Below are positions 51,778 through 62,905 of a stretch of 64,000 nt of DNA, in pieces. A program made the translations under genes and the position numbers. Positions within the stretch are counted from its first letter, which is position 1, and each line of letters begins with the position of its first letter. The notes below the pieces were generated by a model. The model did not search any database, was not told where the DNA came from, and saw only the letters and a list, made by a program, of their open reading frames with translations. The DNA comes from an uncultured Gemmatimonadales bacterium (GTDB taxonomy: Bacteria > Gemmatimonadota > Gemmatimonadetes > Longimicrobiales > Gaopeijiaceae), in assembly GCA_963848895.1 (NCBI GenBank), contig CAWKGE010000008.1, forward strand, positions 196,901 to 260,900. Direction: 5' to 3'.

Positions 51778-54700
51778 TCAGCGCGACCGCCCCTCCTCCA
51801 GATAGTCGATGACCGCGCGGTACTCGTCGCGCAGCGCGCCGAACAGCTCCCGGGCCCCGTCCACGTCCCCGGCCTGCCCACGATCCTCCATGTACTGGAG
51901 GAGGAACGCGAGGCGATTCGCGCGGATGTTGCCCGACGCCGACTTCAGCGAGTGCGCGGCCTTGCGGACCTCCTCCGGAGCTCCCGACGTCACGGCCTCC
52001 TCGATCCCGCGGAAGAGCACGGGCGCCTCGGACAGGTAGATCTCCACGGTCGCGTCGACCACCTCTTCGACGCCGGCCTCCCGCATCGTCGCGCGGAAGC
52101 CCTTCAGATCCACCGGTGCGGCCGCGTCGTCACGGTTGTCGCTCACTTCCTCAGCCTCCTTCGATCGTGGGGCGTTCGCCGGGGCACCGATCCATCGCTC
52201 CACCACATCGTAGAGATCGCCGGGCTTGAACGGCTTCGCAACGAAATCGTTCATGCCGGCTGCTCGGCAGCGCTCCCGTTCCTCCGCGAACGCATGGGCC
52301 GTCAGCGCGACGATGGGGAGCGACGCGTTGCCCGGTTGACCGCGAATGCGGCGCGCCGCTTCCAGGCCGTCCATCTCCGGCATCTGGATATCCATCAGCA
52401 CGAGATCGAAGCCTCCGGCTCCCGCCGCCCGCACCGCCTCGACCCCGTCGCGCACGGCCACCACCTCGTGGCCGCGCTTGCTCAGGAGCCCGACGGCGAC
52501 CTGCTGGTTCACGGCGTTGTCCTCCGCGAGCAGGATCCGTGCCCTGGTGGTCGCACGCTCGATGCTCTCCCGCGTGACGATCCGACGCTCCTGACCGGGA
52601 GGCGATCCGAGACCGAGCACAGCCTCCAGGGCCCGGAGCAGCTCGGATCGCGAGACCGGCTTCGCCAGGTATCCGGTGATTCCCGCGGATCGCGCGCGGT
52701 CGGTACCCCCGGCGGGGACCGCGGACGTGACCATCAGGATCGGGGTGTCCGGCGCCTCGCCCACCGTTGCGCAGGCGAAGGGCGAAGTCGAACCCGTCGA
52801 GCTCGGGCATCATGTGATCGAGGATCACGGCGTCGAACGGCCACCCTGCGGCGTTCGCGGACCGCACCGCCTCGAGACCCTCCAACACACCTTCGGCTTC
52901 CGTGACCTCCGCCCCGACCTGGTTGAGGGCCTCGTGCACGATGCGGCGGGCCGTCGCGTTGTCGTCGACCACCAGATACCGACGCTCGGACAGGTCCACG
53001 CCCGGAGCGTGTCCGCGTGTCCGAGACGCGGTCGTCGTGGCCGGGCATGAGCTCGAGGACGAAGTGGAAATCGCTCCCCAGGCCCGGAGCGCTCTCCACC
53101 TCGAGGTGTCCGCCCATGAGCGCCACCAGCCGCCGCGAGATGCTCAGACCCAACCCGGTCCCGCCATGTGTCCGCGTCGTGGACGAGTCGGCCTGCTCGA
53201 ACTCCCGGAAGATCTGCTCCTGCTTGTCGCCGGGGATGCCGATGCCCGTGTCCTTCACGCTGAAGTGGATCCGGTCGCGCCCCTCCACCGCACCCAGCGA
53301 TCGGAGCCGGATCACCACCTCCCCGCGATCGGTGAACTTCACGGCGTTCCCCACGAGGTTCCCGAGGATCTGGCGGATGCGGTGGGGATCGCCGCGCACC
53401 GTCCGGGGCACTCCCCGACCCACGTCCACCACGATCTCGTTGCCGCGCTGCCCGGCGGGCACGGTGAAGATGCGCGCTACCTCGGCCGCCAGGTCGTGCA
53501 GCGCGAAGTCCACCACTTCCAGATCGAGCTGGCCCGCTTCGATCTTGGACATGTCGAGGACGTCGTTCAGGATGCGCAGCAGACCGCGACCCGACTCCCG
53601 GACCACCTGCGCCGTCTGACGCTGTTCGGCCGTCAGGGGAGAATCCAGCAGGATCTCGATCATCCCCAGGATCCCGTTCAGGGGCGTGCGGATCTCGTGG
53701 CTCATGCTCGCCAGGAACGAGCTCTTGGCGCGTGCTCCCTCCTCGGCCTGGATGCGCGCCATCATCTGCGTCTCGCGGGCCTCCACCTGATCGGTGACGT
53801 CCTCGCCCACCAGGATGAGGGTTCCCTCCACCATGCCGCTCCCCAGGGTCCCGGAGAGACGCATCCAGCGAGCCTTGCCGTCCCCACGACGGACCGGCAG
53901 GTCCGCCGTGGTCCGCTGACCCTCCCGGACCATGTCGAGGAACGTCATGAGGGGCGCCCGGTCGCGGGGATCGGTCACCAGCTCCACGAAGGGCTCCCCG
54001 ATGACGCCCGCACCGTCGTACGCCAGCGCCCGTTCGAAGGCGGGGTTGACGCGCATGACGCGGCCCACGCCGTCCAACACCACGATCGGCGTGGGCGCGG
54101 AGCTCAACAGCGCGTTGAGGAAGTCACGCCTGCGGGCCGTCTCCTCCTCCGCCATCCGCAGGCGCACGCCGGCCCGGATCTGCTCGAGGAGCATCCTGTG
54201 TGCCGCGCGATGCACCATCGTCATCACCGACACGAACAGCGCGATGAGCAGGAGCAGGGAGACCCGGCTCCGGTCCATCCCACCGAACAGCACGGCGCCG
54301 GCAAGCGGCCCCAGGATGAGCGCGGTGAGCCCGTAGAACGACGGCTTGTCCGCCACCAGGGTGGATGTCGCCGCCGCGACCAGGCCCGAGAAGATGAGCA
54401 GGAGGAGCGCGAGGTCCGTCGGAGAAGCGTCCGCGTGGAGGACGGCCCACCCACCCCACAGGAGCGCCGCGATCCAGACGTCGCGACGCAACAGGGAGAG
54501 GATCGCACGCGGGTCTTCCAGCCGTGACAGGGCGCGCTTGCGGTTGGCCGCGCGCGCCAGGGTCGTGACCAGGAAGCAAGCGAACCAGGCGACGCTCGCC
54601 CATACCGGATCGGCGCCCCAGAAGACGAACACGGTGAGGGCGGCGAGCGTGATGTGCGCCACGTCCGCCGAGAATCGTCCCGCGAGAAGGTAGCCGGCGA

Positions 54701-54821
54701 GTGCTTCGCGCAACTCTTCGGCAACCCGGCTCGGCGGGTGCGTCTGGGCCTCTCCCGGAAGGACCGCCGAGGCGAGGTCCTCTCCGGAGTCGGGTGCGCC
54801 ATGCGCGTGGCGGTCGGTCAT
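51778..54821 (-). CDS. Hybrid sensor histidine kinase: multi-TM sensor, PAS-like region, HisKA, HATPase_c, two receiver domains and a C-terminal Hpt. Two or three apparent frameshifts (near 53000 and 52750).
   Basis: HisKA SHEIRTPLNGILGM; HATPase N/G boxes GNAVKFT…GTGLGLSI; receivers LVVDDNATARRIV…DHMMPELDG and ILLAEDNAVNQQV…DIQMPEMDG; Hpt …AHSLKSASGNI…. The pieces are spread over three frames. Confidence 0.75.
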
Positions 54822-54957
54822 GGGATCCGGGCGTGGAATGGCACGGATCTAAAGTACGGCCCGGAAGGCGAGAGGCGAGCCCCTTCGCCCTCCGGGCCGT
54901 TCCGCCGCAGGCGCGGCAACAGGGAGCCCAACAGGCGCCCCCTGCTTCACCGACCTG

Positions 54958-56212
54958 CTAGAATGCGGTCACCACGCCGGCCGTCAGCCGTGTGCGGTCC
55001 GAGTGCAGGTCCCGCTGCACCTCCGCCATGAAGCGCAGGTTCCGGGCTTGCAGGTACGTCGCCGTCAGGCTGGCCGACTCGAACATGTCCAGGAAGCCGA
55101 GCTCGCCCACGCGCAAGGTGAATATCGGGCTGTTGGATTCCACCCGGTTGTACAGCGCCGCGAGGTGCCAACGGCCCATCGCCCCCTGCGGAGATGCGAT
55201 CAGCTCCGCCATGTACGAGTCAACCTCCGTCACCAGGGGATCCGAAGCGCCGTAGTCGCAGCGCGGATCGTCCTGCACGCAGGAGTCCAGGAAGAAGGGG
55301 TTTCCGTCACGCCGGTACAGGTACTGGAGGTTGAGCTCGACCTTCGGCCCGAAGGGGACGGTGGCGTCGGGACCCCACACCCGCACCGTGCTCTCGAGCC
55401 CGTCGGTGGCCTTTTCCTTGCCCGCGTATACGTATCCTCCCAACCGGAACAGACCCAGGTCCTGGGAGAGCCTCACGCCGACGTTCTTCGGGGTCTGGGT
55501 GGAGTAGTTCTTCTCCTCGGTGGCCTGGTCCAGGCCGCGCCCGTTCACCAGCTGCACGGCCAGGTCGGCGTTCTTCCACGGTGACGCGAGGGCCATCAGC
55601 CCGCGTTCGTACGTCAGGTCGGTCCCGACGTCGCCGACGCGGACCCGATAGGGCATGTAGTCTTCGTATTCGAGCCGGAGCTCCCGCTTGAAGAGCGGGT
55701 CGGAGAGCTGGAACTGGCCGACGATGAGGTCCACCCCGCTGTTGAAGACGTCGCCGAACTGCAAGTAGGCGTCCTCGAGCCCGGCGACCTCGCCGCGCTC
55801 GGTGAGGAAGAAGTACATGTAGTAGGAGATGTCGTCGGTGACCTGCCCGCCGGTCAGCAGCTTGATGCCCCACGGCGTCTTGAAGTCCGCGGCCACCGCG
55901 TCCTCGCCCGAGAGGCTGCTCATGTACGCCTCGACGCGGACGGCCAACGGGAGGTCTCGCTGCAGCCTGAGGAGGGGATCGCCCGACCGACATCGTGTCC
56001 ACGGCCGGCTCTCCCCGGGCCATCTGGAAGCCGTTCGCGGCGAACATGTTCCCGAAGGCATTCAACCGCGGGAAGGGCGCGTGGCAGAGCGCGCACGTGA
56101 CCTTGTATTTCCGCGCGAACGCCGGGATCGCATGGGCGTCAGCCGGAAGAAGGGGCAGGAGCAAGAGGGCGGCGAACAACCCGCTCGCTACGCCCCGCCG
56201 GGAACCGTGCAT
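54958..56212 (-). CDS. Cyc2-like fused monoheme cytochrome c / outer-membrane beta-barrel porin (candidate Fe(II) oxidase). One apparent frameshift near 55985.
   Basis: GGGAGG RBS. Signal peptide MHGSRRGVASGLFAALLLLPLLPADAHA is followed by IPAFARKYKVTCALCHAPFPRLNAFG (CxxCH). The remaining ~370 aa have amphipathic beta-strand periodicity and end in …TAGVVTAF. Confidence 0.6.
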
Positions 56213-56346
56213 GGAGAACCTCCCTGTGGGGGGAACGGGGCGCGCGTCACCCCGTGGTCGAAGATCTCCGCAGTCGATGCGCCGTCGCTGTCGGGAGAGC
56301 CACCAACGTCGTGCAGGGGTTTTCCCGACGGCCACGGACCCCGAGG

Positions 56347-56883
56347 TCAATGGTGGTCGTCGTCGCCCTCACGCTCGCCGCGTTCGCCGCCCTCGGACCG
56401 CCCGGGCGCCCGGATGGCGCCGGAGTCCGCCGATGCCACGTAGACCGACGCCGCACCGTGCTCGTAGACCAGCTTGCCGCCCAGGTCGCCCACCCGCACC
56501 GCCAGGCCCAGCACGACCAGGCCCCCCAGGACCGACAGCCACCGGGCACCCTGTCCCACCTTCCCCCGCACCAGGCCGAGGAGAACCACCGCGGTCAGGA
56601 TCGCCGAGCCCAGGAGTAGCCCCTCGGCGGCCTCCTCGTGGCCGTGGATCAGGCTCTCGGACACCACGCGCTCCACGACGTCCTCCTGCTGCTGGCCCGT
56701 CTCGATAGCGACCCAGGCCGAGCCCACGAGGAGGAGGGCCATGACGGTGAGGCCGATCCAGGCACCCCGCCCCGCGCCCGGGCGGCGGGACACGATGAGG
56801 GCCGCGGCGGCGACGAAGGGGAAGAGGACCGACAGCACGAGGGGGAAGTGGACGACGGCGGGGTGCAGGGGGTGCGGCAGCAT
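56347..56883 (-). CDS. DUF2231-like integral membrane protein (possible heme/redox partner).
   Basis: 178 aa from the ATG at 56883: MLPHPLHPAVVHFPLVLSVLFPFVAAAAL…. Four TM helices carry conserved His residues. The acidic C-terminus ends ERGEREGDDDHH. Confidence 0.55.
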   Translation of the reverse strand: MLPHPLHPAVVHFPLVLSVLFPFVAAAALIVSRRPGAGRGAWIGLTVMALLLVGSAWVAIETGQQQEDVVERVVSESLIHGHEEAAEGLLLGSAILTAVVLLGLVRGKVGQGARWLSVLGGLVVLGLAVRVGDLGGKLVYEHGAASVYVASADSGAIRAPGRSEGGERGEREGDDDHH

Positions 56884-57004
56884 GCTCGACTCCGGTTGAA
56901 GGACGCCCGGAACCTCGGCGATCTTTCGGCGGTCCTCCATCCGACAGATGCTCCAGACGCCCCCGGAGTGCCCTTCCGGACATCCGACAAACGACGGAGA
57001 CGGC

Positions 57005-57560
57005 ATGAGAGAAGTCAACGGCGACGGGCCTCCTCGGCTCTACCTGGTGCTGGCCGCCCTCTTCGCGCTGATCATGGTGGCGGCCGCCGCGGACCTCGCC
57101 ATGGACCGCCCGCCCACCCTGCTCAGCCTGCACGTGCTGGCCGAGGCGACGCTCGTGCTCATGAGCCTCGGGGCCGCGTCCTATCTCGCCTGGGGGTGGT
57201 ACAGCGCGTTGCGCGACGTGCGAATCACTGGAGGCCGAAGTAGCGGAGCGGCAGGCCGAACGTGACGCATGGAAGGAGCGCGCGGGCCGGGTGCTCGAGG
57301 GGCTGTCCGAGGCCATGGCCGACCAGTTCTCGTCCTGGGAGCTGACCGAGGCGGAGCGCGCGACCGCCCTCATGCTCCTCAAGGGCTACAGCCACAAGCG
57401 CATCGGCAAGCTCACCAACCGGAGCGAGCGCACCGTGCGCCAGCACGCCGTGGCGGTCTACCGGAAGTCCGGCCTGGCAGGACGCGCGGGGCTCTCCGCG
57501 TTCTTCCTGGAGGACCTCCTGCTCCCGGCTTCGGACCGCGAAGTGGGAGACGGGGACTGA
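57005..57560 (+). CDS. Membrane-anchored LuxR-family (HTH) transcriptional regulator. One apparent frameshift near 57225.
   Basis: N-terminal two-TM region (LYLVLAALFALIMVAAAADLA…LVLMSLGAASYLAWGWY) is in one frame. A coiled linker plus the LuxR HTH (LTEAERATALMLLKGYSHKRIGKLTNRSERTVRQHAVAVYRKSGL) is in the next frame. It is divergent from the DUF2231 gene. Confidence 0.6.
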
Positions 57561-57630
57561 GAGAGCCGGACCGGCGGTCCCGGCGGGACCCGGCCATCCC
57601 GGCCCGGGCCCCGCGTCGCGTCGCGTCGCG

Positions 57631-60600
57631 TCAGGAGATGATGCGACCCTGCTCCGGCAGCACGATGGCCGGCAGGCCGAGACGTTCCACCGCCTCGTTG
57701 AAGCGTGCGAGCTCGTTCTGCAGGATCGAGAGATAGCGGCCACGCACCGCGGCCCAGTCGCGGTTCAGGTCGCCGAGCCGCTCGTACGCCCCCGGCGTGG
57801 GCCTGCCCTCGGGCCCTCCCGAGATGTAGCCGTCCACGCCGGTCACGTAGTTGTAGAGCTCGATGAACTGGTTGTCGAGCTTCGGCGGGAATCGGATGGG
57901 GTCCTGGCCCGACTGGTTCTTCGTCTGCTGCATCTCCTCGTGGACCTCGGTGGACTTCGTCTGGAGCGTGTCCGCCAGCGGCTCCAGCGTGGCCGCCTGC
58001 CCCGCCGCCTCGGCCTTGTCCACCACCTGCTCCACCTGCTCGCGGATCGCGCGCAGGTTCTCGATGGCGTGGGTCACCGCCGTGATGGAGTCGCGGATCT
58101 CCATCCCCGCGCGGAACTGCTCGTCGTAGTCGGCCTGGGTGACCTCGGTCAGGCGCGGGTCGCCGAGCACGCGGAGCGTCTGCTCCTGCGGGTGCGCCGC
58201 TCCCGACGCTCATGCGCACCGCGTAGGTCCCGGGAGGCGCCTTCACGCCACCCGTATAGCCCCACATCCACCGCGTCGTCGGGGAGCTCGGGGGCCGGGA
58301 TAGGAGAGATCCCACACGATGCGATGGAGGCCCGCCGTCTTCTCGATGCGTGTGCCGCGCCCCTCGGCCGCGGCCGCCGAGTCGCTGGAGAAGAGGTGGG
58401 CGACGCGCCCGGAGCCGTCGACGACCTCGACGCGCACCTCGCCCTCCGGCTCGCTCTTCAGCCAGTAGTGGAGCGTCGCCCCCTGGGGCGGTGCCTCGGG
58501 CCCCAATTCGCTCAGGCCTCCCTCGACGCCCGCGCTGTTCACCCGGTACGCGTCCCGCGGGGCGAGCAGTCGTGCGTCCGCGGCCACGACCTGCGCGCTC
58601 AGCTGGCGCAGCGGCGTGACGTCGTCGAGGATCCAGAAGGAGCGACCCTGCGTGGAGAGGATCAGGTCGTCGTGCGCGACCTTGATGCCCGTCACGGGGC
58701 TGATGGGCAGGTCGCGCTGGATCGACTGCCAGTGCGCGCCGCCGTCGAACGACGCGAAGATCCCGTACTCGGTGCCGGCGAAGAGCAACCCTTCGCGCTC
58801 GGTGTCCTCCCGCACCGTACGAACCGGGTAGTCCGCCGGGATGCCGTTCGTCCCGTCCGTCAACAAGCGCCACGATACGCCCCAGTCGTCCGTGCGGAAG
58901 ATGTAGGGACGGAAGTCGTCGAGCCGGTATGCGTGCACGGCCACGTACGCCCGTCCGGCGGCGTGCGGGGAAAGCTCGATCTCGTCGACCGTGCCGAGCT
59001 TCGGCATCCCCGGCGGCGTGATCTCCGTCCACGTGGCGCCGCCGTCGCGCGTGACGTGCAGGCGGCCATCGTCGGTGCCCGCCCACAGCTCGTTCGGGTC
59101 GGTGGCCGACTCGGCGATCGAGAACACCACCTCGAAGATCTCCACGCCCGTGACGTCCGCGTTGATCGGCCCGCCCGACTGCGCCTGGTAGCGCGGATCG
59201 TTCGTCGTGAGATCGGGGCTGATCGTCTCCCACGTCACGCCCTCGTCACGCGAGCGGTTCACGTGCTGCGAGCCGTGGTACACGGTCTTCGGGTCGTGGA
59301 GCGACACCAGGATGGGCGACACCCACTGGAAGCGATGCTTCAGGTCCGCCGCCGCCGAGCCGAGCTGCAGCTGCGGGTACAGGTTCATGTTGCGCACCTG
59401 GTCCGTGGTGTGGTCGTAGCGATCGATGACGCCGCCGTAGCATCCGGCGTAGGTGATCTCCGGGTGGTCCGGGTGCAGCGCGACCGGTCCCGTCTCGCAG
59501 CCGCCCACGTTCAGCCAGTGCTGCTTCGGGTAGAGCGTGTTGCTCGACATCCACGCGGGCACGGACACCGTCGTGTTGTCCTGCTGTGCGCCGTAGAGCC
59601 GGTAGGGGAAGGCGTTGTCCACGACCACGTCGTACAGCTCGGCCGTCGGCTGGTTGTAGTACGTGGACCAGGTCCGTCCGCCGTTCACCGTCACCTGCGC
59701 GCCGCCGTCGTCGGCGATGATCATGCGGTCGGGGTCGTCCGGATGGATCCACAGGTCGTGGGTATCGCCGTGCGGCACCGGGATCTCTTCGAACGTCTTC
59801 CCGCCGTCCACGGAGCGGTACACGCTCGTGTTGAGGGCGTACACGGTGTTCGGGTCCTGCGGATCGGCCTGCACGTGCGTGTAGTACCAGGCGCGCTGGC
59901 GCAGCTTGTTCTCGCTGTTCGTGCGCGTCCACGTCCGGCCCGCGTCGTCGGAACGGTAGACGCCGCCCTCCGGCTCGGCCTCCAGGATCGCCCACACCCG
60001 GTCGGGGTCCGCTGGCGACACGGTCACGCCCACCTTCCCCACGACGCCCTCGGGCAGGCCGCCGTGCAGCTTCGTCCAGGTGTCGCCGCCGTCGGTGGAC
60101 TTGTAGACGCCGCCCTCCTCCCCCCCGGAGATCATCGCCCACGGCTTGCGCTCGCCGCGCCACATCCCGGCGTACAGCTCGCGCGGGTTCTTCGGGTTCA
60201 GGCTGAGCGCGGAGGCGCCGGTCGAGTCGCTGACGGCGAGCACGTGCTCCCACGTCGCGCCGCCGTCCCTGGAGCGGAAGATCCCCCGCTCCGGGTTCTT
60301 CCCGAAGGCGTGCCCGAGCGCAGCGACGTAGACCAGGTCGGCGTCCTTCGGGTGCACCACGATCCGGCTCACCTGCCCCGCCTCGGGCAGGCCGATGAAC
60401 GTCCAGGTCCGGCCGCCGTCCATCGACTTCCACACCCCCCGTCCCGCCGACGTGTTGCCGCGGATGTCGGCCGAGCCCATCCCGACGTAGATCACGTTCG
60501 GATCCGAGTCGGCGACGGCCACGGCGCCGATGGAGCCCCCGAAGAAGCCGTCCGTGATGTTGCGCCAGCTGGTGCCCGCGTCCGTGCTCAGCCAGACGCC

Positions 60601-60812
60601 CCCGCCCGTGGACCCCATGAGCCAGCGGTCCGGGTCGTTCACGAAGCCGGTGACGGCGGAGGAGCGCCCGCCCCGGTACGGACCGACCATGCGGTAGTGC
60701 AGTCCGGCGAGGGCGAGGGTGTCGAACGGCGCCTGGCGGGCGGTCGCCGGCTCCGCCACGACCGTGGAGAGGGCGACGGCGACGAAGACGTGAGCAACGA
60801 CGAACGGGACAT
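57631..60812 (-). pseudogene. Sortilin/VPS10-like double beta-propeller BNR-repeat protein gene (secreted). At least three apparent frameshifts.
   Basis: The ATG at 60812 precedes a signal peptide that needs a 1-nt repair (MSRS/VVAHVFVAVALSTVVAEPATA). About 830 aa of BNR/Asp-box repeats follow (SxDxGxTW many times). The C-terminal ~180 aa (LGDPRLTEVTQADYDEQF…) are in another frame, with shifts near 58250 and 58180. Confidence 0.65.
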
Positions 60813-60917
60813 GACGTGATCCGCGGATGGAGGGCCGAAACGGGACAGGGAGGCTAGGCCCCGGCGCGCCCGACCGTCAATGGGCGCGGCTCGGGGTCGC
60901 GCCGCGGACGGTCCGGC

Positions 60918-62852
60918 TTGTGGCCCCTTCGCCCGGGGCGTAGCGTTGCTCCCGTGACCGCCCCCACCCCAGGCCCGCAGAAGGGCACCGACTTCTGGGC
61001 CCTCTGCCTGGCCACGCTCGGCGTCGTCTACGGCGACATCGGGACGAGCCCCATCTACGCGATCCGCGAGTCGTTCCACACCTCGCACGGGATCGCGGCG
61101 ACGCAGGCGAACACGTACGGGATCCTCTCCCTGATCTTCTGGTCCCTCATCGTCGTCATCTCCCTGAAGTACCTCGTGCTCGTCATGCGCGCGGACAACC
61201 GCGGCGAGGGCGGCATCATCGCCCTCACCGCGCTCGTGATGCCCCGGCAGCAGTCCATGCGTGGTCGCGGGCCCCAGCACGTGCTCGTGCTCGTCGGCCT
61301 CTTCGGCGCGGCGCTGCTCTACGGCGACAGCATGATCACCCCGGCCATCTCCGTGCTCAGCGCCGTGGAGGGGCTCGAGGTGGCGGTGCCGAGCCTGACA
61401 CCGTGGGTGCTGCCGCTCACCGTCGGCATCCTGGTCGGGCTGTTCGCCTTCCAGCGGCGCGGCACCGGGGGCGTGGGCATCGTCTTCGGACCGGTGACGC
61501 TTCTGTGGTTCCTTACGCTCGCGGTCCTGGGCGTGGCCCAGATCGCGCAGCACCCCGCCGTCCTCGCGTCCCTGAATCCCTGGCACGCGGTGCGCTTCTT
61601 CCACGAGAACGGGGCGCGCGGCATCCTCGTGCTCGGCTCGGTCTTCCTGGTCGTCACCGGCGGGGAGGCGCTCTACGCGGACATGGGCCATTTCGGCAAG
61701 CGCCCCATCCGCCTCACGTGGATGGCGGTGGTCCTACCCTCGCTGGTGCTGAACTACTTCGGGCAGGGGGCCCTGATCATCGCCGACCCGGAGGTGGTGG
61801 AGCATCCGTTCTTCAGCATGGCGCCGGAGTGGGCGGCGTTCCCGCTGGTCGCGCTCGCCACCGCGGCCACGGTGATCGCGTCGCAGGCCGTGATCTCCGG
61901 CGCGTTCTCGCTCACGCGCCAGGCCGTGCAGCTCGGCTACCTCCCCCGGCTGCGCGTCGACCACACGTCGCACAAGCACATCGGGCAGATCTACATGCCC
62001 GCCGTCAACTGGGCGCTCATGCTGGCCTGCATCGGCCTGGTGCTCGGCTTCCGCACGTCCGGGCAACCTGGCCGCCGCCTACGGCGTGGCCGTCACCACC
62101 GACATGGTCTTCACGACGATCCTCTTCGCCGTGGTCGCCCACCTGCGCTTCCGCTGGAAGCTGCGGTGGATCGTGCTGCTCGCCGCCGGGCTGCTCACCG
62201 TGGACCTCGCGTTCTGGGGCGCCAACCTGCCGAAGATCCCCAACGGCGGCTGGTTCCCACTCCTCGTCGCGCTCAGCGTGTTCACGCTGATGACCACGTG
62301 GAAGCGCGGGCAGGGCGATCTTCGCGGAGAAGTTCGAGAAGCGACCCATGCCCGTGCGGGAGTTCCTGCGCTCCATCGAGCGGCACCCGCCACCCCGCGT
62401 GCCGGGCACGGCGATCTTCATGACCTCGAACGCGCACGGCGTGCCCGCCGCGCATGCTCCACAACCTCAAGCACAACAAGGTGCTGCACGAGCGGGTGAT
62501 CATCCTGACCATCGAGACGCAGGACGTGCCGGTCACGCCCGAGCCCGAACGTCTGGGCGTGGAGGACCTGGGGATGGGGGTGCACCGCGTGGTGGCGCGC
62601 TTCGGATTCACGGAGACGCCCGACGTGCCGGAGATCCTCCGCCAGGTGGACATCCCCGGCTACGAGTACCGCGAGATGGCCGACAGCTTCTTCCTCGGCG
62701 AGGTCACGGTGATCGTCTCCGAGCACCCCGGCATGGCGCACTGGCGCGCGGTTCTGTTCGAGCGCATGACACGCAACGCGCTGCGCGCGTCGGCCTACTT
62801 CAACATCCCGCCGACACGCGTGGTCGGGCTGGGCGCGCAGGTGGAAATCTAG
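60918..62852 (+). pseudogene. kup: Kup/HAK/KT potassium uptake transporter gene with three apparent frameshifts (near 62065, 62310 and 62450).
   Basis: …LGVVYGDIGTSPIYA… N-terminal 380 aa are in one frame. …VAVTTDMVFTTILFAVVA… and the C-terminal cytoplasmic domain (…LHNLKHNKVLHERVIILT…) are in other frames. Possible starts are the TTG at 60918 or the GTG at 60954. Confidence 0.7.
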
Positions 62853-62905
62853 CTCAGGCCAGGCCGCAGGCCGTCGCGGGCGTGCGCTCGCTCGCGACCG
62901 ACCCC

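Noticed and set aside
57940-60819. A 959-aa plus-strand ORF antisense to the sortilin-like gene, and a similar 350-aa antisense ORF at 60639..61691 opposite kup.
   Set aside because: Translations are dominated by Arg/Ala/Gly/Val with no recognisable domains. They are typical antisense ORFs of high-GC genes.
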